This document shows positions 61,581-64,000 of a DNA stretch of 64,000 nt, piece by piece; within the stretch, counting starts at the first letter, position 1; each line of letters starts with the position of its first letter. The translations under genes and the position numbers were made by a program. This stretch comes from Candidatus Coprovivens sp. (lineage in GTDB: Bacteria > Bacillota_I > Bacilli_A > RF39 > UBA660). The notes beneath the pieces were generated by a model. The model worked only from the letters and a program-made list of their open reading frames with translations. It was not told where the DNA came from and searched no databases. Location of the stretch: positions 64,001-128,000 of the forward strand of contig JBJFGS010000024.1 in NCBI GenBank assembly GCA_051892935.1. The letters are read 5' to 3'.

Positions 61581-62918
61581 ATGTTAAAAAACAAGAAAGT
61601 CTTTATTCTTGGTATGGCAAGAAGTGGATTTGAAGCTGCTAAAATACTGGCTCCAGATAATACAGTACTAGTTACTGATATGAATGAACAAGATTCTGAA
61701 CAAGTTAAAATACTTGAAGATATGGGAGTCAAGATTGAAATAACTAAAGATCCAATATCTCTACTTGATGATACTTATGATGTAATGGTTAAGAATCCTG
61801 GTATTAAGTATAATCATCCTGCTGTTGTTAAAGCTAAAGAGTTAGGAATAGATGTAATAAACGAAGTTGAACTTGCTTATGGATATATGAATAAAGATGT
61901 AAATATAATTGGTGTTACTGGTTCTAATGGTAAGACTACTACTGTTACATTAATATACAATATAATGAAAGAAGCTGGATTACCTGTATACCTTGGCGGT
62001 AATATAGGAACTCCATTATGTAACTTTGTTAAAGATATTAAAGAAAATGAATACTTGGTTATGGAGATATCTGACCATCAACTATGTGATATGTATGATT
62101 TTAAGACTAATGTAAGTGTTTTAACTAATATATATGAAGTACATACTGATTTTCATGATTCACATGAAAAATATGTTAGAACTAAAAAGAAGATATTTAA
62201 TAATCATACTGAAAAAGATATTGCTATTATAAATTTTGATAATAAAGAAGCTGTTGATATTTCAAAAGATATCAACAGTACTAAGTATTACTTTTCTAAA
62301 GAAAGTAAACAGAATGTTTATTTAGAAAATAATGCTATATATTATAGAGATAATAAAGTAATAGATTGTAGTGAAATCAAATTAAAAGGTTTACATAATT
62401 ATGAAAATATTATGGCAGCTATAAGTGCTGTTAAAGTATATGGAGTAGATAACGAAAGTATTTGTAAAGTACTTAAAACATTTGGTGGTGTAGAACATAG
62501 AATTGAGTATGTTACCACAATAGATGGTGTTTCTTATTATAATGATAGTAAAGCTACTAATTGTGAATCTACAAAGATAGCATTAAAATCTTTTAATCAA
62601 CCTACACTATTAATCTTAGGTGGATTAGATAGAGGGCATTCTTTTGATGATTTAACTCCTTGTATGGGAAATGTTACTTATGTAGCTTGTTATGGGGAGA
62701 CTAAAGCAAGAATAAAAGAATACTGTGATAAAATTGGTAAAGATTGTGGTGTGTTTGATAACTTAGTTAGTGCAACTACTGCTTGTTATGAAAAAGCTCA
62801 AAAAGGTGATGTTGTACTACTTAGTCCTGCATGTGCTTCATGGGATCAATATAAAGCATTTGAAGACCGTGGTAATGAATTTAAATCTACTGTAAATAGT
62901 TTTAAGGGGGATAAATAA
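61581..62918 (+). CDS. murD: UDP-MurNAc-L-Ala:D-Glu ligase
   Basis: GMARSG, KNPGI, TGSNGKTT, GNIG, HRIE, NDSKATN, LSPACASWDQY. Confidence 0.98.
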   Translation: MLKNKKVFILGMARSGFEAAKILAPDNTVLVTDMNEQDSEQVKILEDMGVKIEITKDPISLLDDTYDVMVKNPGIKYNHPAVVKAKELGIDVINEVELAYGYMNKDVNIIGVTGSNGKTTTVTLIYNIMKEAGLPVYLGGNIGTPLCNFVKDIKENEYLVMEISDHQLCDMYDFKTNVSVLTNIYEVHTDFHDSHEKYVRTKKKIFNNHTEKDIAIINFDNKEAVDISKDINSTKYYFSKESKQNVYLENNAIYYRDNKVIDCSEIKLKGLHNYENIMAAISAVKVYGVDNESICKVLKTFGGVEHRIEYVTTIDGVSYYNDSKATNCESTKIALKSFNQPTLLILGGLDRGHSFDDLTPCMGNVTYVACYGETKARIKEYCDKIGKDCGVFDNLVSATTACYEKAQKGDVVLLSPACASWDQYKAFEDRGNEFKSTVNSFKGDK

Positions 62919-64000
62919 TGGCTCTTGATATAAAAAAGTATAAACGTATATATATGGTTGGTATTGGTGGTATCAGTATGAGTGGTATTGCCTTAATACT
63001 AAAAAGATGGAATTATGAAGTAAGTGGTAGTGATGGAGTTTCTTCTCATCAAACCGAATGGCTTATTAATAATGGAATACATGTTAATATTGGGCAAGTT
63101 AGTGAAAATATTACTGAAGATATAGATTTGGTTATTTATACAGCTGCTATTAAGCTAGATAATCCTGAATTAGTAAGAGCTAGGGATTTAGGTATTCCTA
63201 TTATTGAACGTGGTGAATTCTTAGGAGAAATTACAAAGTTATTTAAAGATACTATTGGTGTTGCTGGTACTCATGGTAAGACTAGTACAACAAGTATGGT
63301 AACTTGTTCATTTATTGAAGCTGGTTTAGATCCTTCTATACAAGTTGGAGCTAATTTACAAATATTAGATAATACTAATTATAGAGTTGGTAATAGTGAC
63401 TACTTTATAATAGAAGCTTGTGAGTATTGTGAAAGTTATTTAAACTTTCATCAGAAGAGTGCTATAGTTTTAAATATTGATGATGATCATTTAGATTATT
63501 TTGGTAATATTGATAATATTGAAAAGAGTTTTCAAAAGTATGTTTCTTTACTTCCTGAAGATGGTTATTTAGTATTAAATAGAGATGATGATAGATGTTA
63601 TAATTTAAGAAATTGTAGTAAAGCTAAGGTTATTACTGTAGGTTCTACTAATGAAGCTGATTGGCATTATGATAATGTTACATTTGATGATGATGGATAT
63701 CCAACATATGATGTGTATAAGTTAGATGAATTTAAGGGAAAAATTACTTTAAAAGTTACAGGTATACATAATGTTTTTAATAGTTTATGTTGTGTTGCTT
63801 TATGTGATGCTTATGGAATAGATGTAGAAATAGTTGCTAAAGCTTTATTAAAATTTACAGGAGCATCTAGAAGATTAGAATATAAGTGCATGTTAAATGG
63901 AGCTAAAGTATATGATGATTATGGACATCATCCTACTGAGATAATGGCTACTATAAAAGGAATAAAAAATAAAAAATATAATGAGTCTTGGGTTGTTTTT
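62918..64000 (+). CDS. murC: UDP-MurNAc:L-Ala ligase (3' truncated by window)
   Basis: ATG overlaps the murD stop (TAATG); VGIGGISMSGIA, AGTHGKTSTT, EACEY, DHLDYF, DDYGHHPTE. Confidence 0.97.
   Translation, partial: MALDIKKYKRIYMVGIGGISMSGIALILKRWNYEVSGSDGVSSHQTEWLINNGIHVNIGQVSENITEDIDLVIYTAAIKLDNPELVRARDLGIPIIERGEFLGEITKLFKDTIGVAGTHGKTSTTSMVTCSFIEAGLDPSIQVGANLQILDNTNYRVGNSDYFIIEACEYCESYLNFHQKSAIVLNIDDDHLDYFGNIDNIEKSFQKYVSLLPEDGYLVLNRDDDRCYNLRNCSKAKVITVGSTNEADWHYDNVTFDDDGYPTYDVYKLDEFKGKITLKVTGIHNVFNSLCCVALCDAYGIDVEIVAKALLKFTGASRRLEYKCMLNGAKVYDDYGHHPTEIMATIKGIKNKKYNESWVVF

Overview
Very AT-rich chromosomal segment of a Bacillota/Bacilli bacterium that uses the standard code (TGA is a stop). 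It still makes peptidoglycan (murD, murC, ftsEX, M23 and NlpC/P60 enzymes) and carries sporulation genes (gerQ, a Spo0A-family regulator). Gene content and style suggest an uncultured RF39-like gut lineage (inference). The first ~10.5 kb holds two decaying islets at the 3' ends of tRNA-Thr(CGU) and tmRNA, with a Mob/Pre remnant, XRE-membrane regulators and several frameshifted genes. Next is a two-gene unit encoding a membrane protein with an HPD-less J-like domain and a 729-aa surface protein. In the latter, 14 Cys-loops and 14 'DAT' strands form an exact antiparallel mirror register around a central tip domain. The rest is core genome: T-box-pheST, the S10-spc-alpha cluster (lacking rpmD and map), udk-gap-pgk-tpiA-[spo0A-like]-gpmI with an apparently dead iPGM, whiA-yvcK without rapZ, ftsEX-M23, rplI-dnaB-M23-walJ-rlmH without walRKHI, a loop-deleted (CC-adding-type) tRNA nucleotidyltransferase, and murD-murC. 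All family calls are from motif recognition by eye; no searches were run.
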